From: a bacterium
GTDB lineage: Bacteria; Electryoneota; Electryoneia; Electryoneales; Electryoneaceae
Assembly (NCBI GenBank): GCA_963675295.2
Contig: CAXXKJ010000002.1
Span: 1,760,001-1,824,000 of the forward strand
DNA length: 64,000 bases
Reading direction: 5' to 3'
Shown here piece after piece: positions 46,471 to 55,023 of this stretch. Made by a program: the position numbers and the translations under genes. The first letter of the stretch is position 1. Every line of letters begins with the position of its first letter. The notes beneath the pieces are model-generated. The model had not been told where the DNA came from. It made no database searches and saw only the letters and a program-made list of their open reading frames with translations.

Positions 46471-48408
46471 ATGCACCTCGACCGTCTGTTCAATCTCCAC
46501 GTCCACCTGTCCCGCGAAGGGTACAAGCCCACACCAGTCCGTGATAAACGTTTCGCCTGTTCCTGCCCGTTGCCCGGTCATGGCAAGGGACGCGGCGACC
46601 GCAACCCCTCGCTGTCAGTCTTCGAGTCCGACGACGGCATCGTGCATTTCAAGTGTCATGCCGGTTGCGACCCGTTGCAGATCACAGAGTACCTCGGCCT
46701 CAAGCCCATCGATCTGGGCTATGGCGCTGACACCAGCCAGAACATCGTCTACGATTACCACAGCCCGGAAGGGACGTTGCTCTACCAGGTGGTGCGCAAG
46801 CCGGGGAAGGAATTCCGGCAACGCCGCCCCGATCCGGACACTCCGGACGGCGGCTGGATCTGGAATCTGAAGGGCACCGAGCCAGTCCCGTTCAACCTGC
46901 GCGGCATCCTGCGCGGGGACGACCCGATCCTGATCGTCGAAGGGGAGAAGGACGCGAACACGTTGATCGACCGTGGCTATGTCGCGACCACCAACTCCGG
47001 TGGCGCGGGCAAGTGGCCGGACGTGTTAAACAAGTACTTCCGTGACCGGCTTGTGTACGTGCTCTGCGACAACGACGAACCGGGCATGCGTCACCAGCAG
47101 CAGGTCGCCTCGGCGTTGGTGACGGTGGCGGAGAAGGTGGTGGTCGTGCCGCCGTTCGAGGACGCCAAGGACGTGACCGCATGGTTCCTGCAGGGCCACA
47201 CCGACCGCGAGTTCGCCGCCTGGCTGAACCGTGGCGAGGAACGGTCGTCTGGCGACAGCGCGCGTGTCATTCTGAACGGAGCGCAGCGACGTGAAGAATC
47301 TCCAGCATCGCACACGGCGGTTAAGTCGGAGATCCTTCTCGTGCCTACGGCACGTCAGGATGACACACAGACCACCCGTCACGGCGATGACCCGGGCCAC
47401 ACATCCACCGACACCACATCCTCATCCCCCGCGCCGTCGGTGCTTGATTTCGACCGGGACCGTGGTGACCTGCTGCTGGTGGAGGAGTTGCCGGAACCTC
47501 GCTGGGTTGTGCCCGGATTGTTGTGCGAGGGGCTGGCGATTTTCGCGGGCAATCCGAAGACAGGCAAGTCGTGGATCGCGTTGCAGGTGGCGATGGCGGT
47601 ATCGGCTGGGGGTCCTGTCCTCGGGCTCGAGGCGTGCGAGCCGGGATGGGTGCTGTACCTCGCGTTGGAGGACCATAAGCGGCGGATTCAGTATCGCATG
47701 CGTGAAATCGGCGGTGACGGTCTCGACGGCAGCGCCCTGTGCCGGCTGGATGTGCGTGTCGGCAGGAGCCTTTCCCTCGCCCAGATCGACTGGTGGCTGC
47801 ACAACCACCGGGACGCGCGGCTGGTGATCATCGACACCCTCGGCCGCTGGCGTGACCCGCAGGACAACAACAGCAACCTCTACGATCACGACACGCAAAC
47901 CATGGCGAAACTGCAACAGCTCGCGTTGAAGCATCACATCTGCCTGCTGCTGATCCATCACAAGCGGAAAGCTGCGGATGACACGGATATCCTTGGCGAA
48001 ATCAGCGGCAGCTACGGCCTCGCCGGCGCGGCAGATACCATCCTCGTGATGCGTCGCAAACGCGGGCGCGATCTCGCCGAACTGTTCGTGACCGGGCGGG
48101 ATATTGATGAGGCCCAGCACCGGATGGAGTTCAAACGTGACCCCGAATCCGACAGCCCCCTGCGTCACACCGGCTGGCAAATCACCGGCGAAATCGAGGA
48201 GGACGAACGCGACATGCTCGAAGGCAAACGGCGGCGGATTATCGAAGTGCTGGAAATGGAAGGCAAGGCGATGACCAACGCCGACATCGCCGCGTCGGTG
48301 GGGATCAACAAGTCGTACCTGAGCCAGTTGCTTCCCAAGATGCAACGGGAAGGGTTGGTGGTGAATGTCGAACGCGGTGTGTGGGGGCTGCCAAAGCAGC
48401 TAAACTAA
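46471..48408 (+). CDS. Primase-helicase: Zn finger + TOPRIM + AAA_25/RepA-like helicase + C-terminal winged HTH
   Basis: CPLPGH..DRNPSLSV..KCHAGC; IVEGEKDA and LCDNDEPG (TOPRIM); AGNPKTGKS (Walker A), LVIIDTL (Walker B), LLIHHKRK, ISGSYGLAGAAD; terminal HTH. Confidence 0.9.
   Translation: MHLDRLFNLHVHLSREGYKPTPVRDKRFACSCPLPGHGKGRGDRNPSLSVFESDDGIVHFKCHAGCDPLQITEYLGLKPIDLGYGADTSQNIVYDYHSPEGTLLYQVVRKPGKEFRQRRPDPDTPDGGWIWNLKGTEPVPFNLRGILRGDDPILIVEGEKDANTLIDRGYVATTNSGGAGKWPDVLNKYFRDRLVYVLCDNDEPGMRHQQQVASALVTVAEKVVVVPPFEDAKDVTAWFLQGHTDREFAAWLNRGEERSSGDSARVILNGAQRREESPASHTAVKSEILLVPTARQDDTQTTRHGDDPGHTSTDTTSSSPAPSVLDFDRDRGDLLLVEELPEPRWVVPGLLCEGLAIFAGNPKTGKSWIALQVAMAVSAGGPVLGLEACEPGWVLYLALEDHKRRIQYRMREIGGDGLDGSALCRLDVRVGRSLSLAQIDWWLHNHRDARLVIIDTLGRWRDPQDNNSNLYDHDTQTMAKLQQLALKHHICLLLIHHKRKAADDTDILGEISGSYGLAGAADTILVMRRKRGRDLAELFVTGRDIDEAQHRMEFKRDPESDSPLRHTGWQITGEIEEDERDMLEGKRRRIIEVLEMEGKAMTNADIAASVGINKSYLSQLLPKMQREGLVVNVERGVWGLPKQLN
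47264..47366. repeat. Family C palindromic element inside the primase-helicase linker
   Basis: gtgtcattctgaacggagcg..gtgaagaatctcc...ggagatccttc...tcaggatgacac, matching intergenic 40180-40326; ORF stays open. Confidence 0.85.
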
Positions 48409-48512
48409 CTAAAGAAGCTAAAGACGACAGGTACCCAAACAAACAGACTAAAGAGTAAATACTCTCTAAGTACAGGCTATACCTGCTTGTTTGGGTACTA
48501 TAGTTAGTTTAG
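48400..48512. other. AT-rich nested inverted-repeat structure (candidate origin or structured RNA)
   Basis: CTAAACTAACTA (48400-48411) / TAGTTAGTTTAG (48501-48512); GTACCCAAACAA (48431-48442) / TTGTTTGGGTAC (48487-48498); two small inner hairpins. Confidence 0.65.
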
Positions 48513-48568
48513 GTGGCATACAGCCCGGCGGAAGAGTCGTCGGTTTACTCTTGCTATCGTTGAACAGA

Positions 48569-49372
48569 TCAATCGCCTAATGGACCAAGTGCGACTTCCA
48601 AATCGAATCTCGCGTCATCGTTCCAGAAGTCGAAATCCGTGTCCTCCCAACCTTTGTCGGTATTATCTACGACGATGACCACCATGGTTTCGGCAGCAAT
48701 CAAGTTAGGTGCAACACGAACATGCTGTCCCTGAGTTGAAATGGTTTCGTGCCAGTAGACTGAAAAGTTTTCGCCATCCGCGTAGTCGTCATACTCGGCA
48801 GGTGACATGACAAATAATTCAAGTCCATAGTCGCCTGGCCAATCATTTAAGTCCATGTTCATTGCCAGAATACCCTCATATGGGATTTCAACCGGACTAC
48901 TGTATCTCCAGTGATTTTCATCCAAGGTCACGTTCTCCCAATGCACGAGTATGACAGGGTCAGGGGCGGGAACTGTCATAGCAACGCCAACATTCCAAAT
49001 CTGGTCGTCTGTCGTGGTCAAGGTGATGGTTCCTGAGTGATTACCATGAATCATATCGGTTCTATCAACCGTCACAGTCACGGCGTCTTCTTCATCCCTT
49101 GTTACACCTGATGCTGGGAAAACAGAAAGCCAATCGACGTCGGTTGTGATGGTCCATTCTAATTCTTGACCGCCATCATTACTCACCACAAACTGCAAAG
49201 TGTTGTCATCCTCTTCGAACACAAGCGAACTAACAGATACGCTAAGGATCGGATCTTCTTCATTTTCGTTCGGTGACGTTGGACCGGAATCATCACTGTC
49301 TGAACAGCCTGAAAAGGCAAGTAGCGCGATCAGAATTGGGACAAGAAACACGGATAACAACGCGGACTTCAT
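48569..49372 (-). CDS. Lipoprotein with BACON-like Ig domain (low GC)
   Basis: Lipobox-like LAFSG-C; SNDGGQELEWTITTDVDWLSVFPASG..VTVTVDR. Confidence 0.78.
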   Translation of the reverse strand: MKSALLSVFLVPILIALLAFSGCSDSDDSGPTSPNENEEDPILSVSVSSLVFEEDDNTLQFVVSNDGGQELEWTITTDVDWLSVFPASGVTRDEEDAVTVTVDRTDMIHGNHSGTITLTTTDDQIWNVGVAMTVPAPDPVILVHWENVTLDENHWRYSSPVEIPYEGILAMNMDLNDWPGDYGLELFVMSPAEYDDYADGENFSVYWHETISTQGQHVRVAPNLIAAETMVVIVVDNTDKGWEDTDFDFWNDDARFDLEVALGPLGD

Positions 49373-49463
49373 GATCACCCCCTGTAAACATGCCATGTGT
49401 AGACAAGTTACATAATATACGACATTGATAAGCAGCGAGTGCGACTGTAGAGTCGCTTGCCGC

Positions 49464-50081
49464 CTACCAAAACAACCCGAACAGTTCCCGCATTTTCTGG
49501 ACGGCGGAGTCGGCGACCATCTCGGGGGAGTTCGAGCCGGATGCGTCGATGGTGAGGACGTGCATTTTCTTGCGTGCGCGTTTCGCCCAGGATTCGTAGG
49601 CGTTGTTCAGCTCGTGCATGTAGCCCGGGTCGATGCCCTGTTCGGAGGCACGGCCGCGTTCGGTGATCCTGCGGAGTAGCGTGTCGACGTCGGACTTGAG
49701 GTACAGGATGACGTCCGGCGTGCGCAGGTGGTTGACCATCTGTTCGAACAGCGAGCTGTAGTTTTCGTAATCGCGCTTGTCCATGAAGCCCTGCTTGTGC
49801 AGCGTGCGCGCGAAGATCTCGACGTCTTCGTAGATGCTGCGGTCCTGCACGCAGGATTGGTCGGCGGTGCTGATTTCGGCTTGTGCTTCGAAGCGTTTCG
49901 AGAGAAAGTAGACCTGCAGGTGGAAGGACCAGGTCTTCATGTCGGCGTAGAAGTCGTCGAGGTACGGATTGTTGATGACGGGTTCGTAGTACGGTTTCCA
50001 GCCGAGTTGGTCGGCGAGGGCCTGGGTGACCGTCGATTTGCCGACTCCGATATTTCCCGCGATGGCGACGAAGAGGTTCAT
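49464..50081 (-). CDS. Deoxynucleoside kinase
   Basis: IAGNIGVGKST, YEPV..NPYLDDFY, QDRSIYED..IFA, RRITERGR. Confidence 0.95.
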   Translation of the reverse strand: MNLFVAIAGNIGVGKSTVTQALADQLGWKPYYEPVINNPYLDDFYADMKTWSFHLQVYFLSKRFEAQAEISTADQSCVQDRSIYEDVEIFARTLHKQGFMDKRDYENYSSLFEQMVNHLRTPDVILYLKSDVDTLLRRITERGRASEQGIDPGYMHELNNAYESWAKRARKKMHVLTIDASGSNSPEMVADSAVQKMRELFGLFW

Positions 50082-50161
50082 GGTATCCTTCCGTTTGCTG
50101 CCGTGAATATAACGGACATACCTTCGCCTCGTCAGCTCAGCTTACTCTCTGGAGAACTTTC

Positions 50162-51889
50162 ATGCGATCCGCATCCGTGCTGCTCCCGATTCTGCTGCTC
50201 GCCCTGTTGCTTGTCCCGTTCAGCTCCAACGCCGCCGCTCCGCCACCCGAATGGGGCACCGGCGGAATGATCGCCACTGCACACCCGCTCGCGACCGAAG
50301 CCGGCTGGGAGGTCTTGAACGACGGCGGGACCGCAATCGACGCCGCCCTCGCCGCGATTTACACGCTGGACGTGGTCTGCGGCTACAGCGAGGGGCTCGG
50401 CGGCGGTGAGTTCTGGGTGATCCGTGACGGTAAGACGGGCGAGGTGGTGTGCATCGACGGCCGTGAGGTCGCCCCGGCGGCAGCGCATCGCGACATGTAC
50501 ATCGGTCCCGACAGCCTCGTTGTCCCCGGCATGTCGGAGATCGGCATCCTCGCGGGTGGTGTACCGGGTTCGGTTGCCGCACGCGAACAGGCACTCGAGA
50601 TGTTCGGCACGATGAAGCGGTCGCGGATCATGAAACGCGCGATCCAGCACGCGGACGAGGGGTACGTTATCAGCCCCCGTGAGGCGGCGGTGTATGAGGG
50701 CGCGTTGCCGTACTTCAAGATGTTTCCGAGCACGGCGCGGGTGATGCTGGACGAGGATTCGATGACGGTCGGTGTGGGCGAGCTGCACATCCAGAAGGAT
50801 CTCGCGCGGTCGTTGAAGAAGATTGCGGACCATGGCGGCGACGAATTCTACCAGGGCAGCATTGCCGAAGAAATCGTGCGCTTCATGGAGGAGAACGGCG
50901 GTCTGATCACCGCGGACGATCTCGCGAACTATCACGCGACGGTGCGTGAGCCGATCCACGGAACCTACCGCGGGTACGATGTCTATTCGATGCCGCCGCC
51001 GAGTTCGGGCGGTGTCCACCTGGTGCAGATGCTGAACATCCTCGAGGGCTGGAATCTGCCGCAGTTCGGTGTCCGCTCGGTCAACTGGTACCATCATCTC
51101 GCGGAAACGATGGACTTGGCGTTCGCCGACCGTGCCGAGTTCCTTGGCGACCCGGAGTTTGTCAATGTGCCGGTCGAGGGGCTGATCTCGAAAGCGTACG
51201 CGGATTCGCTAAGAGGCCGGATCATCAACATCTACGACCGTCACCCACGCGGCCCGGGCAACCCGATGCAGTACATGGACAGCCCGCCGGACTCGTTGCT
51301 CAAGGACGGCCACACCTCGCACCTCAGCGTGGTCGATCAGTGGGGCAACATGGTCGCGTTGACGACGACGGTGAACACGCACTTTGGGTCCAAGGTCATC
51401 CTTGGGAATACGGGCATCTTCCTGAACAACGAGATGGACGACTTCTCCGCGCAGCCGGGTGTGCCGAACTACTTCGGGCTGGTTGGCACCGAAGCGAACT
51501 CGATCCGTCCCGGCAAGCGTCCGTTGTCAAGCATGACGCCGACGATCATCGTCAAGGACGGGCAGCCGTTCATGGCGGTCGGCGCGGCGGGCGGGCCGAA
51601 GATTATCACCGGCACATTGCAGACGATCCTCAACGTGATCGATTTCGGGATGGATGTTCAGGACGCCGTCTCCGAGCCGCGCATCCACCACCAGTGGTCG
51701 CCGGACTATCTGTACGTCAGCGAAGATATCTCGCCGGACGTCGTTCATCTGCTGCGTCTGCAGGGCCACAGCGCGGTGCATTACACACCGGGCAGCGTGG
51801 TGCAGGCGGTGCTGCTCGATCCGGAGACGGGTCTGTATTTCGGCGCTGCCGATCCACGGTCGGTCGGCACGGCGAGAGGAGTGAGGTGA
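50162..51889 (+). CDS. ggt: Gamma-glutamyltransferase (exported)
   Basis: GGTAIDAA, IDGREVAP, PPPSSGG, H-TSHLSVVD (Thr nucleophile), LNNEMDDF, RPLSSMTP. Confidence 0.96.
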   Translation: MRSASVLLPILLLALLLVPFSSNAAAPPPEWGTGGMIATAHPLATEAGWEVLNDGGTAIDAALAAIYTLDVVCGYSEGLGGGEFWVIRDGKTGEVVCIDGREVAPAAAHRDMYIGPDSLVVPGMSEIGILAGGVPGSVAAREQALEMFGTMKRSRIMKRAIQHADEGYVISPREAAVYEGALPYFKMFPSTARVMLDEDSMTVGVGELHIQKDLARSLKKIADHGGDEFYQGSIAEEIVRFMEENGGLITADDLANYHATVREPIHGTYRGYDVYSMPPPSSGGVHLVQMLNILEGWNLPQFGVRSVNWYHHLAETMDLAFADRAEFLGDPEFVNVPVEGLISKAYADSLRGRIINIYDRHPRGPGNPMQYMDSPPDSLLKDGHTSHLSVVDQWGNMVALTTTVNTHFGSKVILGNTGIFLNNEMDDFSAQPGVPNYFGLVGTEANSIRPGKRPLSSMTPTIIVKDGQPFMAVGAAGGPKIITGTLQTILNVIDFGMDVQDAVSEPRIHHQWSPDYLYVSEDISPDVVHLLRLQGHSAVHYTPGSVVQAVLLDPETGLYFGAADPRSVGTARGVR

Positions 51890-51931
51890 AGCAGTTGCGA
51901 GTGCCGAGTTGTAAGTATCGAGTTAAACCAC

Positions 51932-51963
51932 ACGGGGACACGTTGAGGACAAAGTGTCCCCGT
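51932..51963. repeat. REP-like hairpin, family B
   Basis: acggggacacgttg-agga-caaagtgtccccgt. Confidence 0.88.
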
Positions 51964-51970
51964 TTTTGTG

Positions 51971-52015
51971 TGGTGTTGTTTTTCCTCACACCTCATACCT
52001 CATAGCTCACACCTG
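51971..52015. repeat. Dispersed TGGTGTTGTTTTTCCTC + (ACACCTC)n heptamer unit
   Basis: Near-identical to 58535-58580 and related to 20341-20381. Confidence 0.8.
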
Positions 52016-52033
52016 TCTTTCGTACCTTCCCCC

Positions 52034-54451
52034 ATGTCTGTCCGTTACGATCAAGCCTCGGATACCCTGAGAGTTTCGGTCACGAATCTTGTCCGTGAAC
52101 GCCGGGCGGCGTCTGCCGCGCTGGCTGGTCCGCAACGCGCCGAACTCGGCCGCAACGCGCACATCCTCCACGCGGAGAAACGTGCGTCTGCGGAGGAAAC
52201 CTACCTTCCGGAACAGCCGGTAGCGTTGGAGCTGACGGTGGACGGCGGCCGTGTGTTGCTGACCGGACGGATCGACGGTGTCTGGACAGAAGCCGGCCAG
52301 ACGATCCTCGAAGAGGTGAAGCTGCGGCCGCTTGGATCAGCCGAGCTGCCGTTGCCCGGCGACATGAAGCAGCTGCTGCTGTACCTCTGGATCTGGCGCA
52401 CGACGCACGCCAACGAACCCGCCCCAGCCGGACGATTGACCTACCTCGATCCGCTTAGAGGATCCATTGACGAACACGTGGTCGAGCGCTCGATCCACCT
52501 GCTGGACGAACTGCATGTCGAGGTCCACCAGCGACTGACTCTGATCTTGCGGTATGAGCGCGCCGAGGCGGCGCGGTTGGCCGAACGCAGGCGGCATGCC
52601 GGCGCGATTGTGTGGCCGTGGCCGGATAAGCGTCCGTTGCAGACGGAGATGGAAGAGGTGGTTGCGGAGGCGGTGCGTGGCAAACGTCACCTGCTGCTGG
52701 AAGCGCCGACCGGTTCCGGCAAGACGGGGCCAATCCTGTTGACGGCCTACCGGGAGTGTTTGCGTCATGGTTGGCGGCTGGCGTACGCGACTTCGCGCAC
52801 TTCGCAGCAGGCTGACCGGCTGGCGTTGATTGACGCGGCGACGGGTGGTGACCCGGAAGCGGATGACAATGCTGGGGACACTTTGAGGACAAAGTGTCCC
52901 CAGCAGATCGCCCGCGGTCGGGTGCTGTTGTTGGGCTCGCAGGCACGGCTGGGCGCGGCGTCGCCGAACGAGCGCGAGGACGATCCGATTGACCGGTACG
53001 ACGCGCCTCAGTGGCTGGTTGAACGATTGAACCATCCCGACGCGATCACACCGGACGAGGTCAAGTCGCTGGGCGAGGAACACGGGATCGATCCGGGTAT
53101 CGTGCAGAGCGCGTTCGCGCGGGAGGCGGACGTGTTGATCGGGGACGTCAACCTGTTTGTCCGTCGCGGTGGACGGTACAGCGGCTGGTTCGACCCGGGC
53201 CGGTTCGCGCGTCCGACGGTGTTGCTGGTCGACGAAGCGCACGGTGTGGTCGATCGGGTGCGGGATCAGCATGCCGGGCGGGTGCGGATGAAGGACATCG
53301 CCCGGATCGCGGACGAGGCCGACTTTCACAACGCGCCGTGGGGGGATGAGGTGCTGGGCGTGCTCGATACGTTGGCCGAACGGCTGGACACCCGCCTGCG
53401 TGATCTCGATGATCGGATGATATCCCACGAGCGCATCGACCCGGACGATCCCGATTTCGCGCAGCCGCTCGAACGGTTGGCGTTGCTGTCGCCGGCGTTG
53501 TTCGCCGCCGGGGTGACGGGTGAAACGCGGGAGCTGCTGCGTCACCTGCTCAACGCGGCTGCGGCGGCGCGTGAACCGCATGCGTTTTCCGCCTACATCG
53601 AGACGAAATCCGCCGGTGTGTTCTGGGAGCTGATGGATTCGGCGCATGTGCTGCGTCCGGTGTGGGAGTCGACACGCTCAACCATCCTGTTTTCGGCGAC
53701 TCTCGCGCCGCTGGACCTGACCGCGCACCAGCTCGGCTTGCCGACACGGGATTGCGAACGATTGAGCCTCGTGCCGCCGGTGGACAGTTCCGCGCGCACC
53801 GTGATCCGGTATGTCGGGCTGTCAACAACATGGCGCAGGCGCGAGGAAACGCTCGGCGAGTTGTGCGAGCTGCTGGTAAATGCGGCTCAGGCGACGGACG
53901 GCGCATGGCTGGTATTCTTCCCGTCGCGGTCATACCTCGAGCAGGCGCGGACGGCGTTGGTGTACCATCCGGTGTCGGTGACCGAATTGCAGGCCGGGCT
54001 GACTGTGGCGATGCTCAAGTTCCTCGACCGGGAAGCGGGACCGAGGCTGCACCTCGCGGTGCTGGGTGGCAAGTACGCCGAGGGATTTGATCCGCCGACC
54101 GGGTTGTACACCGGCGCGGCGGTGGTCTCGTTGGGCATTCCGCCGCCGAACGCACGCGACGAACTGCTCAGTCTGTACGAGGGGCAGGACGAGGAGGCGA
54201 CGGTGTCGCCCTACCTGGTGCAGGGGATACGGCGGATCCGTCAGGCGGGGGGACGCCTGTTCCGTTCGCCGGATCAGGCGGGGGTGTTGCTGCTGATCGA
54301 TCACCGTTACCAGGAGCCGCAGGTGGAGGCGTTACTCGGCGAGGAATGGGCGGCAAGTGACCTGGTGGACGATGCGGCAGTGCTGCACGACTTCCTCACC
54401 GACTGGAAAAGCGATCATCCGTCTCAGGCTGGAGCGGGCGGTGATGGCTGA
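52034..54451 (+). CDS. DinG/XPD-like SF2 helicase with N-terminal PD-(D/E)XK nuclease-like domain
   Basis: GRIDG..ILEEVK..QLLLY; EAPTGSGKT; LVDEAH; FSATL; FFPS; YAEGFD; QAGGRLFR; LIDHRY. Confidence 0.9.
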   Translation: MSVRYDQASDTLRVSVTNLVRERRAASAALAGPQRAELGRNAHILHAEKRASAEETYLPEQPVALELTVDGGRVLLTGRIDGVWTEAGQTILEEVKLRPLGSAELPLPGDMKQLLLYLWIWRTTHANEPAPAGRLTYLDPLRGSIDEHVVERSIHLLDELHVEVHQRLTLILRYERAEAARLAERRRHAGAIVWPWPDKRPLQTEMEEVVAEAVRGKRHLLLEAPTGSGKTGPILLTAYRECLRHGWRLAYATSRTSQQADRLALIDAATGGDPEADDNAGDTLRTKCPQQIARGRVLLLGSQARLGAASPNEREDDPIDRYDAPQWLVERLNHPDAITPDEVKSLGEEHGIDPGIVQSAFAREADVLIGDVNLFVRRGGRYSGWFDPGRFARPTVLLVDEAHGVVDRVRDQHAGRVRMKDIARIADEADFHNAPWGDEVLGVLDTLAERLDTRLRDLDDRMISHERIDPDDPDFAQPLERLALLSPALFAAGVTGETRELLRHLLNAAAAAREPHAFSAYIETKSAGVFWELMDSAHVLRPVWESTRSTILFSATLAPLDLTAHQLGLPTRDCERLSLVPPVDSSARTVIRYVGLSTTWRRREETLGELCELLVNAAQATDGAWLVFFPSRSYLEQARTALVYHPVSVTELQAGLTVAMLKFLDREAGPRLHLAVLGGKYAEGFDPPTGLYTGAAVVSLGIPPPNARDELLSLYEGQDEEATVSPYLVQGIRRIRQAGGRLFRSPDQAGVLLLIDHRYQEPQVEALLGEEWAASDLVDDAAVLHDFLTDWKSDHPSQAGAGGDG
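52870..52905. repeat. Family B hairpin in frame within the helicase gene
   Basis: tgctggggacactttg-agga-caaagtgtccccagca, 36 nt, read as AGDTLRTKCPQ. Confidence 0.9.
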
Positions 54452-54558
54452 ACCTGAGCGCAAACGTGGCGAGCGGCGGTGCTGGAGTGTACCTTGCAGG
54501 ATACAGTGAAAATGCACCGGCACGGGGAAGGCGCAAGGTGGATAAGGATTCGACTGTA

Positions 54559-55008
54559 ATGGATGAGACGGAGAAAAGGCCGGACGATCCGCTGCACGTG
54601 GACGCGGACTCCGAGTTGCTGGACGACGAAACCGCCAGTTCGGAAGACGCGGAAGGCGGTAAGATCGGCGGCAAGGTGAAGCGCACCGCCAGCCGTGTCG
54701 CGGGCAGTGTGTCCAGCGTGGTCAAGCAGGCGCTGGTCTCGCGGGATCATGTGCTGATGGTTCGGGTCAACGACGAAGCGTTGAACCGGATCAACGACCT
54801 GAAGGACGCCGGATTGTTCCGCAGCCGCAGTGAGGCGGCGGCGTACCTGATCGCCGAGGGGATCGAGGCGAAACAGGATTTGTTTGAACGGATCGGAGAA
54901 CGGATCCGTCAGATTCAGGACATCAAGCAGGAGTTGCGTTCGCTCGCGGGTGAGACGGGTGTAACTCCGGTTGAGGACGAGGATGAACGCCCGGGGGAAG
55001 GCGCATAG
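54559..55008 (+). CDS. Hypothetical protein with ribbon-helix-helix-like domain and coiled coil
   Basis: RDHVLMVRVNDEALNRINDLKDAGLFRSRSEAAAYLI. Confidence 0.65.
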   Translation: MDETEKRPDDPLHVDADSELLDDETASSEDAEGGKIGGKVKRTASRVAGSVSSVVKQALVSRDHVLMVRVNDEALNRINDLKDAGLFRSRSEAAAYLIAEGIEAKQDLFERIGERIRQIQDIKQELRSLAGETGVTPVEDEDERPGEGA

Positions 55009-55023
55009 CAGAGGTGGTGGACG

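Noticed and set aside
45660-49463. Intact prophage, satellite or tRNA-anchored island
   Set aside because: No integrase, structural gene, tRNA or att direct repeat found by eye
52034-54451. Cas4/CasDinG (type IV CRISPR) assignment
   Set aside because: No Cas4 Cys cluster, no adjacent cas genes or array; housekeeping context
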